Positions 32,580 to 40,505 of a stretch of DNA of 41,504 bases are shown here, in pieces. Both the position numbers and the translations under genes were made by a program. This DNA comes from an uncultured Candidatus Peribacteria bacterium (GTDB lineage Bacteria; Patescibacteriota; Gracilibacteria; Peribacterales; Peribacteraceae): assembly GCA_964348745.1 (NCBI GenBank), contig CAYGDT010000001.1, positions 1-41,504 on the forward strand. Reading direction: 5' to 3'. Below the pieces are notes generated by a model that made no database searches, was not told where the DNA came from, and worked only from the letters and a program-made list of their open reading frames with translations. How positions within the stretch are numbered: the first letter of the stretch is position 1; every line of letters starts with the position of its first letter.

Positions 32580-32923
32580 GCGAGGAGAGAGGAAACGACA
32601 GCGCGAATACGTTTCTGCAGGGTGGGATCATCCACTCCACGTGAACGATTGCCTTGTGATGGCCTTACATTGATCATCGAATCAAACTCCAGCCAGTCTT
32701 CAGTCGAAATGTCAGGATACAGGTTAATGCCCCAGAGATGTTCTTGCATCGATCCTTGTTCCAGCAGAATCTGTTCCTCGTCGGCATGCAATTCGCCGCC
32801 GATTGCCATGATACTGCGATCAATGTCCACGACTGCTTTCACCATATCTCCGAAGCGCTCTTTAGCAAGCGCCTTCAAGACACTGCGATCGACTGGTGTG
32901 ATGACAACCTGCATGGGTGACAT
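32576..32923 (-). CDS. Small conserved protein, resembles the family I recall as DUF5674
   Basis: 115 aa. The motifs KAVVDIDRSIMAIGGELHADEEQILLEQGSMQEHLWGINLYP and EFDSMINVRPSQGNRSRGV match my memory of DUF5674-type sequences. The function is unknown. Confidence 0.55.
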   Translation of the reverse strand: MSPMQVVITPVDRSVLKALAKERFGDMVKAVVDIDRSIMAIGGELHADEEQILLEQGSMQEHLWGINLYPDISTEDWLEFDSMINVRPSQGNRSRGVDDPTLQKRIRAVVSSLLA

Positions 32924-33015
32924 GGCATTAGTATAGCAAACTTCCTTTTACGCTCCCATAAGGAGCAGCCAAAACATACCTACACATTGTCCTCACGTTG
33001 TTATTCCGGGTCTAA

Positions 33016-33753
33016 CTATAAAGATTGCCACACCCGCTCGAAGACTACTCGCTGGGTGGATGCGAGAGTTGTGCTGAAAATCTCGATGGCTGCAACTTGA
33101 TTTTCTCCATACGTAATCATGCAGATTCTGTCTTTGCAAATGATGCAGTCTGATAGGAATTTTACGGCCTCAGGCAGAATTTTTATTTGATGGCGTTTTG
33201 AATGAAAGCCATTTTTATATGCGCGTGCTTCCTTGCAATCAACAATGATCTCTTTTGCCTCACCCTTATGGGTGCTGAGGATTTCAGGAATGATATTGAG
33301 ATAGGCTGGCACCATGCTTTTCACAACTGCTGGATTGAAAAAGGAGTAGAACTGTTCGTCATGCGCCAGCGACTCATACATCTTCATCACTGCCTCTTTC
33401 CCCTCTAAAAACTTCACTTTTGGCGTGACGCTCAATGTGTTTTCAAGCGTCTCCAACGTAGGCAATTTTTCTTTCAGAAGCAGTAATGTTTCTCTGATAT
33501 TCCTCTCGTCAGCCTTCAGAACATCGGCAATGTCTTTCACCGGAATACATTTTACATATTTGATGCCTGTGCGCTCAAATTCCTCAATGAGACGATGCCC
33601 TTTGAGTTTCTCCACAATAAAATACATGGAGGAACGAGGTATACCTACATGCTTTGCAATGACACTGATCGGTTGTGCCCCGAGTGGCAGTAATTTCATA
33701 AAAGTCTCGGTTTCCTTTTCGTTGAGCCCTAGTTTGGAGAAGAGTTCATCCAC
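33016..33753 (-). CDS. TrmB-family transcriptional regulator
   Basis: N-terminal winged HTH LGLNEKETETFMKLLPLGAQPISVIAKHVGIPRSSMYFIVEKLKGHRLIEE, followed by a C-terminal effector-type domain of about 160 aa. Confidence 0.75.
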   Translation of the reverse strand: MDELFSKLGLNEKETETFMKLLPLGAQPISVIAKHVGIPRSSMYFIVEKLKGHRLIEEFERTGIKYVKCIPVKDIADVLKADERNIRETLLLLKEKLPTLETLENTLSVTPKVKFLEGKEAVMKMYESLAHDEQFYSFFNPAVVKSMVPAYLNIIPEILSTHKGEAKEIIVDCKEARAYKNGFHSKRHQIKILPEAVKFLSDCIICKDRICMITYGENQVAAIEIFSTTLASTQRVVFERVWQSL

Positions 33754-33875
33754 TTGTTGTTGTCGAAAATAATCGGCATATCAATTTTACCTCAATACAG
33801 AGCAAAAATCCATGTTATCTTACATACAGTCTATGATTATTGACTATATTTGACATAAAGAATTACTGTTACATT

Positions 33876-34694
33876 ATGAGTTTTAGAGCACTTGTTCATG
33901 AGGATGATCTCGGAGAAAATTTGCCTCCACTGCGAAAATTCCACTTAGCGGGCTTCGATATTGATAAGGAAAAATTCATAAAAGACGTCGAGGAAACTTT
34001 TGCTGATCTGCCCGAAGATCAGTACGACAAAATTCGAAAACAATCAGAGTATATTGCGCGAATTGTAAGGCATCGAATCAAAACAATTCAGGAAGGGCTT
34101 CTTTCGGGTGGTGCGGCAGCTACAGAATTTATGAATGTCCTTTCGCCAGCACAGCGAGAAGAATATGTGGCTATACGCGCATCTCGCTTCCGTCGTATCG
34201 CAAAGTATGAAGTTGATGTATCGGGAAGAAATCGCAGCATTGAGCGCGTACCAACAGGCGCGTACACGCAATACAATTTGCCTGAAGGCGATCCACGGGC
34301 AGTGCCTCGTACCTTTGAAGAAGCTTTGCCTGAGATTGCCGAGCACCCTGATCTTCAGCGCTTGCTGATAGCTCTGGCTCTGGAAGTGAAGAAGGTAAGG
34401 AAAAAGACAAAGATGACCATGGTGCTCCATCAGGTCAGGATGGATGCGCCTTACACATTGCCAGATAGAACCCATCGGGATGGGTGCCAATTTATTGTTT
34501 CTGCAATTCCTATTATTATGGAACAAGCAAAGGGTGCTTTGAGCAGTGTTTACGATTCGCAGCGAAAGCTTCTGCTCCGTACGCAGTTGCAAAAAGGAGA
34601 GGGGCTTTTCTTTGACGATGAGTACTACTTGCATGGCATCTCGCAGCTGCATACGGGAAAGAGAGGCACAATTGGGATTGATATTAATTACTGA
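33876..34694 (+). CDS. 2OG-Fe(II) dioxygenase-family protein (PF10014-like, amino-acid-hydroxylase type)
   Basis: Start at ATG 33876; the track TTG at 33840 looks like upstream sequence. The core reads LHQVRMDAPYTLPDRTHRDGCQFIVSAI...GEGLFFDDEYYLHGISQL, with an H-x-D facial-triad motif plus a distal His. This is as in the family that contains L-isoleucine 4-hydroxylase. It is divergent from the TrmB gene. Confidence 0.65.
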   Translation: MSFRALVHEDDLGENLPPLRKFHLAGFDIDKEKFIKDVEETFADLPEDQYDKIRKQSEYIARIVRHRIKTIQEGLLSGGAAATEFMNVLSPAQREEYVAIRASRFRRIAKYEVDVSGRNRSIERVPTGAYTQYNLPEGDPRAVPRTFEEALPEIAEHPDLQRLLIALALEVKKVRKKTKMTMVLHQVRMDAPYTLPDRTHRDGCQFIVSAIPIIMEQAKGALSSVYDSQRKLLLRTQLQKGEGLFFDDEYYLHGISQLHTGKRGTIGIDINY

Positions 34695-35511
34695 ATATTG
34701 ATTGTAGTTTGATGGGCAGTCTTCATTTATAAAACATATTTATATTCTGTCATCTCTTTTTGTATACATATTTTATACAAGATACCCCCCTGCTCAGTAC
34801 TGTTTCGACCAAAAAGTCTGCGATATATGCATACCTATTCCGACCGTGTATTTCACCGCAAATATAGGTTCTTAACATTTTAGTACCATGTTATGAACAC
34901 GATATGTAGTCAAATACTACTGGACAGCTTTAGGGCTATCCGTACACTCCCGCAGCCCTATGATTAACCCTAGAATAGATCACGTGAAGCAATTCACACA
35001 CCAAATCCCGGTGTCGGCTGTGGAACTCCACGCCGCCCTCATCGCCATGATGACTATCGTCATGGTGATGACCCTCCCCACTCTCGGCTAACAAACCTGC
35101 CTTCAGGCAGGCTAAAGAGTAGGAAGAACACTTGGAACATGGCACACATACCACTCGCATTCGTCCTCGTCAGAAACTCAAAGAGTGACGGATACAAACA
35201 AAGACCCCGCGAGTCCCCCGCCTCTCACCGCTCTGGAATTTGAGAAAGAGCACCGAGAGGACAGCAGGGATTTTTTGAACATATATTTGAATAATACGGT
35301 CTGCTGCACCTCAACTGCACCTCCATTTTTATTTTGAAGATGTTTTGGAACCTCTGATTCACTCAGCATGACAAGCTCACCATGAAATATCCTGTCATCC
35401 TGCTTGCCGGCCATAGCCTTAGCGTCGGCTGGAGCTCTGTCGAAGGATAACAAGGGAGACTACTGATTGACATCTATCATCGATCTAAGGGAGTATCTCT
35501 CTCCTCTATAA

Positions 35512-35823
35512 ATGGGAAAGAACGATACACCTGCGGCCGGGGATCATCCTCCTATTGTGGAAGCGGAGATTCTAGACTGGGTCTTTAATCGAGGATGCCC
35601 GATCGATGAAGAAGATGAACCACTGTCGTCTCTTGTTGTACGAATGCATACGATTCTTGATCTGCTTTACTGCCGAAGATATCCGGTCGATCTGCAGCTT
35701 GGATTACGCCAGCAATACTATCTATTGTGCCAACAAGCTGCGGATAACTTAGCTCGCTTCCAGATAGAATTTAACGAAGATGCATGGGAAGATGCGTGGA
35801 ATTCATTACCAGCGGCACCTTAA
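35512..35823 (+). CDS. Hypothetical acidic protein (103 aa)
   Basis: ATG-initiated ORF with no recognisable motifs. Coding status is supported only by its length and the absence of a competing ORF. Confidence 0.4.
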   Translation: MGKNDTPAAGDHPPIVEAEILDWVFNRGCPIDEEDEPLSSLVVRMHTILDLLYCRRYPVDLQLGLRQQYYLLCQQAADNLARFQIEFNEDAWEDAWNSLPAAP

Positions 35824-35829
35824 TTCCAT

Positions 35830-36321
35830 CTACCGCTCCGTCACCCGCATTACCCCCTCTGCAACACGATCGCTTGGAGCAGGATTCCCATCATCCTTCT
35901 CCAGTGTGACGGTCACATTCAAGTATCCGGTGAAGTCCTTTTGCGCCTCGAAGCGCACACTGTGGCGCACGTCACCCATGGCATTGGTCAACTGACCAGT
36001 CGAAACCGGACTCGCGCCTTCTTTGGAGATCCACCCTTCGTAGTAGGAACCATCCGGAGCTGCCTCGATATTCAATTGAATCGTGTGTAGGTAGTGCCCG
36101 TCTTCGAAGCTATGCGCCTGAGCAACGCCGTTTGCCGGCGTTCCATTGACTCCTGCCATGGCACCATACGCTAGCGACGTTTCTCTACCATGATTCGCAT
36201 CTACCACCTGCCCGTCTTTCGGCATGCCGTATTGGATCTGCTGCACTTCGGGTTCCGGCTGTTTGCCTTTGCATGCTGGTAAGAGCAGAAGTGCTGAAAG
36301 GAGGAGAATGGTTTTCTTCAT
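35830..36321 (-). CDS. Lipoprotein of unknown function (163 aa)
   Basis: Start at ATG 36321 gives MKKTILLLSALLLLPAC-K (lipobox). The C-terminal beta-rich part YYEGWISKEG...VSTGQL...YLNVTVTLEKDDGNPAPS resembles anti-sigma-K (RskA) C-terminal or CHRD-like periplasmic domains, but only weakly. Confidence 0.6.
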   Translation of the reverse strand: MKKTILLLSALLLLPACKGKQPEPEVQQIQYGMPKDGQVVDANHGRETSLAYGAMAGVNGTPANGVAQAHSFEDGHYLHTIQLNIEAAPDGSYYEGWISKEGASPVSTGQLTNAMGDVRHSVRFEAQKDFTGYLNVTVTLEKDDGNPAPSDRVAEGVMRVTER

Positions 36322-36337
36322 GTTGTTATTATAGAAC

Positions 36338-36397
36338 AAATTGAGAATTGAGAATTGCAAATTGAGAATTATTTTTTTTGCGCAATTCGCAATTCTT
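36338..36397. repeat. Simple-sequence inverted-repeat hairpin between the O-antigen-ligase-like gene and the lipoprotein gene
   Basis: The left arm has AATTGAG/GAATTGC units (CAAATTGAGAATTGAGAATTGCAAATTGAGAATT). A T8 run follows. The right arm GCGCAATTCGCAATTCTT reverse-complements to AAGAATTGCGAATTGCGC, which pairs with GAGAATTGAGAATTGC with 2 mismatches. Confidence 0.6.
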
Positions 36398-38435
36398 ACC
36401 ACAGAAGTCCCGGTGTTCTGCTCCTTAATTTCTCCCGTTCCAGATTCGCATGGTAATCGGCCTTTGCAGCCATCACCTGATAACGTGGAGCTTCGGCTGG
36501 GTAGACTCTCGCCATGATGGTACAGATCACAACAAACTGTTCGACGTTGAGAGAGAGATCGATATAGTGAGTATTCCGTTCGATTGCCTTCGCGTAGTCG
36601 GCAAGAAGACCGTCTATAAACGGGCGCTGCGCAGTGATTTCTGACTCTTGCTCCGATAAGAGGTATGCCCCATATAGAATACCAAGGTCATTGAAGCGGC
36701 CGCGGTCCAGCGCCTTGCGATACCACTCAATTGCAAGCTGACGTTCCCCGCGTACGGAAGCCAGATCGGCTTGCCGCACCCACGCACGATAGTCCTCTGG
36801 ATTCGCTGCGATGTATACATCAAGTGCATCTTGCGCCTCTGTAAATTTACCGGAATTCATCAGCAATGCCGTGCGACTGAGGTGTACATCCCGCGTGAAG
36901 AGTTCACCGCCAGCACGATCAAACCACTGCAATGCAACCTCTGTGTCCTGCCTACTCTCCGCTTGGCGACCAACGGAAGTAATGACAAGAAAGAATCCCT
37001 CATAGATAGCTAGTAAGAGCAATGCTGTCGCGAGCAGAATTTCTGTACAGCGTGAGATGGTTGTATGCGAAGTGCGTGCATACGAACCTGAGGAATATGC
37101 AACCAAAATTCCGAGCAGTAGCCAGAATGGAAGCGCGATCCCGACAAACTGCACATTGTAATCAATCATGTTATGCGCGACCACGCCGAAAATACCAAGG
37201 AAGATCATTATGTGGAGCGAAAATGCCTTCTTCTCATCTGCTACCGCCGCTTGTCGCAGTTTACGCAAAGCCCTGTACAAAACCGTTCCAATGATCAATA
37301 CAAAGAGCACCATGGCGAACAAGCCGCGCTCCACCAAAAATTTAAGAAACACATTATGCGGATGATCTGAAGTCGCAAGGATACTAGACTGCAATTTTGG
37401 CTGTATAAAGCGAAAACTGTAGGGACCCCAGCCGAGAACCGGTTTCTCTGCCGAGAGTGTAAGTGCTTGTGACCAGAACTGCACGCGCTCGCTTACAGAG
37501 CTGCTGCCTTCTGCTGCAGTGAGTGTCACCTTTTCGCCAATCTCCTGCACTTCGTACAGGCGTGAACGCAGCGCATTCGTGGCGCTAAAAATAAGCGTAG
37601 CGATAACGACGTAGGCCGCTATGTATGGGATGATGCTTCTCAGTGGAAACGACTTCCCAGACTTGATGTAAACAATACCGCCCCACAACGCAAACTGTGC
37701 CGCAAAGACTAAAATCCCCCCGCGAGAGTACGAAAGAAGAAGACAGGAAAAAACCAGACCTGTTACCGCCGTGCGCACGAGAAATTCCACGTGTCCACGA
37801 GTGGATCGAAGATTTAATCTGAAATCACGCAGAGTCCAGTACAATACAACCGGCCAAGCGAGGAGCAAAAATTGCGCCCAAGCATTTGGCCAGTAATCGG
37901 TGTGGAAACGGTAATCGAAGAACGAACCGACGAACCTGTTGACCGGCTGAAAGACATAGACCAGCAAACCAATGACGCACGCGCCGACAGTGGTTATAGA
38001 GAATGTCCGCACGAATCGTGCGAAGAATAATTTTGCGGTGCCTTCATCGAACGCCTCGCGCGCAGCCCAGAAGAACAGTAACCCCAGTGATCCGGTACTG
38101 AAGACTTCGTCGAGACCGTAATTGCGCGTGGAGGAATATATGTAGCTTATGGCTGTCATTACGATGAATGCCATCATCATGAGCCAGAGGAACAAGGGAA
38201 CATCGCTTTTCTCCTTGCGGCGCGCAAGTGTGTGCGAAATTAAGGTGACGATTGTTGCTACGCCACAGAGTATCCACGTTGCATCCAAACTTTTACCTCC
38301 GCGCCAGAGAACGGCAAAGACCAGCAATGCAAGTACCGCCCACTGACACGCATCGTTCCACGTCCATCGAAAGCCGCCGGACGGAATTGTGAAACGCATC
38401 GGAGTCATCGTACACGCAGTCCAAATGTATTTCAT
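36396..38435 (-). CDS. O-antigen ligase (Wzy_C)-like polytopic membrane protein fused to C-terminal TPR repeats
   Basis: About 12 TM segments with the LLLSYSRGGILVF and SDHPHNVFLKFLVERGLF motifs typical of O-antigen ligase/Wzy_C proteins. The C-terminal 200 aa are helical TPR-like (ALQWFDRA..., AQDALDVYIAANPEDYRAW..., AIEWYRKALD). Confidence 0.7.
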   Translation of the reverse strand: MKYIWTACTMTPMRFTIPSGGFRWTWNDACQWAVLALLVFAVLWRGGKSLDATWILCGVATIVTLISHTLARRKEKSDVPLFLWLMMMAFIVMTAISYIYSSTRNYGLDEVFSTGSLGLLFFWAAREAFDEGTAKLFFARFVRTFSITTVGACVIGLLVYVFQPVNRFVGSFFDYRFHTDYWPNAWAQFLLLAWPVVLYWTLRDFRLNLRSTRGHVEFLVRTAVTGLVFSCLLLSYSRGGILVFAAQFALWGGIVYIKSGKSFPLRSIIPYIAAYVVIATLIFSATNALRSRLYEVQEIGEKVTLTAAEGSSSVSERVQFWSQALTLSAEKPVLGWGPYSFRFIQPKLQSSILATSDHPHNVFLKFLVERGLFAMVLFVLIIGTVLYRALRKLRQAAVADEKKAFSLHIMIFLGIFGVVAHNMIDYNVQFVGIALPFWLLLGILVAYSSGSYARTSHTTISRCTEILLATALLLLAIYEGFFLVITSVGRQAESRQDTEVALQWFDRAGGELFTRDVHLSRTALLMNSGKFTEAQDALDVYIAANPEDYRAWVRQADLASVRGERQLAIEWYRKALDRGRFNDLGILYGAYLLSEQESEITAQRPFIDGLLADYAKAIERNTHYIDLSLNVEQFVVICTIMARVYPAEAPRYQVMAAKADYHANLEREKLRSRTPGLLW

Positions 38436-38542
38436 GTGGCAGATTCCTTACATTCTCACTCAATTACGCAACTTTCTCTACGCACTTCAGGTTGCTCAAA
38501 AACAGGGAAACACTGATTCGGATATATTGTCCGAAATATCAA

Positions 38543-38878
38543 CTATTCACGACTGCCTAGACGGAAATACACATTCTCGCGTATCCTGTGGGGATGCCTG
38601 CCTGAATCCTTAGTCCCAACCTCTACATTATAATGATCATTGAGAAGATTTCTCACTGCAACTCTATATCTATTTGTATCAGGTAAATCGACTTCACTAA
38701 GTATATCAGCAACAGTGACACCATCATGTGTGAACACACAATGTAAAATAGATTCTCTGCACTCATCAACTTTAGCTGATACGGCTCCGCGTTGACTTAT
38801 TTTCTTATCTCCTTCGCTGGTAGCATGTCTAACAACCTTTGGTGGAACGTACCTACTCTTAGGTATTCTATCAGTCAT
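38543..38878 (-). CDS. Hypothetical protein (111 aa), orphan
   Basis: Start at ATG 38878 (MTDRIPKSRY...); the longer track ORF begins inside GC-rich sequence abutting the tRNA trailer. The gene looks AT-richer than its surroundings by eye and lies on the 3-prime side of tRNA-Leu. Confidence 0.45.
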   Translation of the reverse strand: MTDRIPKSRYVPPKVVRHATSEGDKKISQRGAVSAKVDECRESILHCVFTHDGVTVADILSEVDLPDTNRYRVAVRNLLNDHYNVEVGTKDSGRHPHRIRENVYFRLGSRE

Positions 38879-38997
38879 ATTAGAATTATAGCATAAATAT
38901 TTTAATATGCAATCACGATCTGTTCTGGATAATCCCACACCAATGGCAGCGCCACGTGGTTGCGCGCAGGGACGTATAGCGGCTACGCCGCCACGTC

Positions 38998-39042
38998 CCA
39001 CGTAAAATAGCTGCTCGCTTCGCTGCGCGCAATTTTACGTGG
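38998..39042 (-). other. tRNA-Leu 3-prime trailer hairpin that includes the encoded CCA
   Basis: Minus-strand RNA reads CCACGUAAAAU - 23-nt loop - AUUUUACGUGG (11-bp stem). The first CCA is the tRNA 3-prime end. Confidence 0.6.
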
Positions 39043-39126
39043 TGCCGGCGGAGAGAATCGAACTCTCACGAGATTGCTCTCACACGCTCCTGAAGCGTGC
39101 GCGTCTACCAATTCCGCCACGTCGGC
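39040..39126 (-). tRNA. tRNA-Leu (anticodon CAG), long variable arm, CCA encoded
   Basis: Reverse complement reads GCCGACGTGGCGGAATTGGTAGACGCGCACGCTTCAGGAGCGTGTGAGAGCAATCTCGTGAGAGTTCGATTCTCTCCGCCGGCACCA. The anticodon stem is CACGC/GCGTG with loop TTCAGGA. It has a long variable arm and a GTTCGATTC T-loop. Confidence 0.9.
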
Positions 39127-39248
39127 AACGAAGAAAGAGTACCACAGAAAATAAACTCAGAAACAATAATTCCGCCATGCCTGCCCGTCCGTAGTCCCGC
39201 ACAAGCGGGACGAAGGCGGGTCGGCAACGAAGAAAGAGTAGTACAGAA
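39110..39248. repeat. Direct repeat: the tRNA-Leu 5-prime end plus upstream flank is duplicated 99 nt away, and the second copy is interrupted by a 42-nt hairpin insert
   Basis: AATTCCGCCA (39110-39119) recurs at 39168-39177. GTCGGCAACGAAGAAAGAGTA (39121-39141) recurs at 39220-39240, and the match extends to 29 nt with 2 mismatches. In copy 2 the two blocks are separated by TGCCTGCCCGTCCGTAGTCCCGCACAAGCGGGACGAAGGCGG, which contains the stem GTCCCGC/GCGGGAC. Confidence 0.8.
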
Positions 39249-39412
39249 GAAGACATTTTTGCATCAATATCTATTTTCAGATCGACCCTGTTCCTTTCAC
39301 CACAATTGTAGAATTTGCTTCACAGAAATCTTCCATCATTCCATACTTAATTGGATCGCCTTTCAAAGGGGAATTTAGCGTGCATTTCACTTTTAGACTG
39401 GATTTATAGATA

Positions 39413-39441
39413 TTGTAATAATCATGTAAATATTGTATAAT
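39413..39441 (+). promoter_or_regulatory. Sigma-70-like promoter for the M23 peptidase gene
   Basis: -35 TTGTAA (39413-39418), a 17-nt spacer, and an extended -10 TGTATAAT (TATAAT at 39436-39441). It lies about 27 nt upstream of the ATG at 39468 in a very AT-rich stretch. Confidence 0.55.
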
Positions 39442-39467
39442 TATATATTAAACCAACATTAACACTG

Positions 39468-40505
39468 ATGCTAAAGGGCGTAATATCATTCTTCCGTACG
39501 AAGTGCGGCGGTCGCATGCTGCTATCAACATTGTTGATCTGCTCCGCTGCGCTGATACGCTCCGATGATGAAAGACACATCCCATACGAAGCTCATTTCA
39601 TGCAAACGCAGACGATGCTTGTCGCGGTAGATGCCGAACCAGCCGAGGTCTCATCCTCGCTCTCACGACTGCTTCCAGATATTGAAGTGACTACCATTTT
39701 GGAAAGAGCTGATCCTGTGGAAGCTTACGTGCCAGTTCCGAAACTGAAGACAGAGCGAAATACTTCTATTCAACATATTCCGAGGCAACGAAGACACATT
39801 CGATTATCGGAGGAAATTGCAGTCCTGCCAGCCGCTACCGAAGCGAAGTTTCCGGAGCTGGGCAATGCCATATACCCCGTAGCAAAAACGCCAGACTGGG
39901 GCGACATGCGCTCGTCTGCTGAGTGGAACCGGTCATACGATGAAATGGGACCTTCGGATTTCGTACCTGTTCCAGCCTATGACATAAGCAGGCTAACCAC
40001 ACCTATGTATGACCTTTCCCGTGATCTGCAGGAAGTGAACATCCCCATCGTCACCGAAAAGCTCTTCTACTCAACGCGCTTCTTTGGTCGCTACCACGCG
40101 GACTCTGGAGAGTTCCAAGGTACACACCCTGGCATAGACCTTAAGCTCGCGGCAGGTACGCCTGTCGGTTCCGTCGCAGGCGGTCGGGTGCACGCCACTG
40201 GTACTGATGAATCCCTCGGGAACTTCGTCATGATTCTGCATAGATTACCTGATGGAAACGAGATTGTATCTATCTATGGACATCTTGAATCCGTAAGCGT
40301 ACGGGAAGGTCAGGACGTCGCTCCGGGAACAATCATCGGTAGAGCGGGTTCAACTGGTCGCTCGAGCGGCGTTCACCTGCATTTACAGATCGATTGGAAA
40401 CGGGAGCCGGTTAGACATACTGTCTATGCACCAGCATCCCGTCCGTCGAAGGAAGAAGCATCAAAATGGACTATTCATCCGATCGAATTTATTCAACGAT
40501 GGTAG
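39468..40505 (+). CDS. M23-family peptidoglycan endopeptidase (exported)
   Basis: Hydrophobic N-terminus (MLLSTLLICSAALI). M23 motifs: HPGIDL, GGRVH, YGHLES and GSTGRSSGVHLHLQI. Confidence 0.8.
   Translation: MLKGVISFFRTKCGGRMLLSTLLICSAALIRSDDERHIPYEAHFMQTQTMLVAVDAEPAEVSSSLSRLLPDIEVTTILERADPVEAYVPVPKLKTERNTSIQHIPRQRRHIRLSEEIAVLPAATEAKFPELGNAIYPVAKTPDWGDMRSSAEWNRSYDEMGPSDFVPVPAYDISRLTTPMYDLSRDLQEVNIPIVTEKLFYSTRFFGRYHADSGEFQGTHPGIDLKLAAGTPVGSVAGGRVHATGTDESLGNFVMILHRLPDGNEIVSIYGHLESVSVREGQDVAPGTIIGRAGSTGRSSGVHLHLQIDWKREPVRHTVYAPASRPSKEEASKWTIHPIEFIQRW

Noticed and set aside
33840-33875. Sigma-70 promoter from the TTGACT/TTGACA hexamers upstream of the dioxygenase gene
   Set aside because: I could not find a -10 hexamer at a 16-18-nt spacing that does not run into the start codon, so I did not call it.
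34044-34652. 202-aa antisense ORF inside the dioxygenase gene
   Set aside because: The plus-strand frame carries the HRD...H dioxygenase core. The antisense ORF has no recognisable features.
35178-35453. 91-aa minus-strand ORF, and the 74-aa ORF at 34936-35160, as real genes
   Set aside because: One has a TTG start. Their composition is odd, they have no motifs, and they overlap structured hairpins. I kept them only as part of the gene-poor-region finding.
39097-39378. 93-aa ORF with a repeated VGNEERV peptide
   Set aside because: It starts inside tRNA-Leu. Its internal repeat is simply the translation of the duplicated tRNA 5-prime/upstream DNA repeat.
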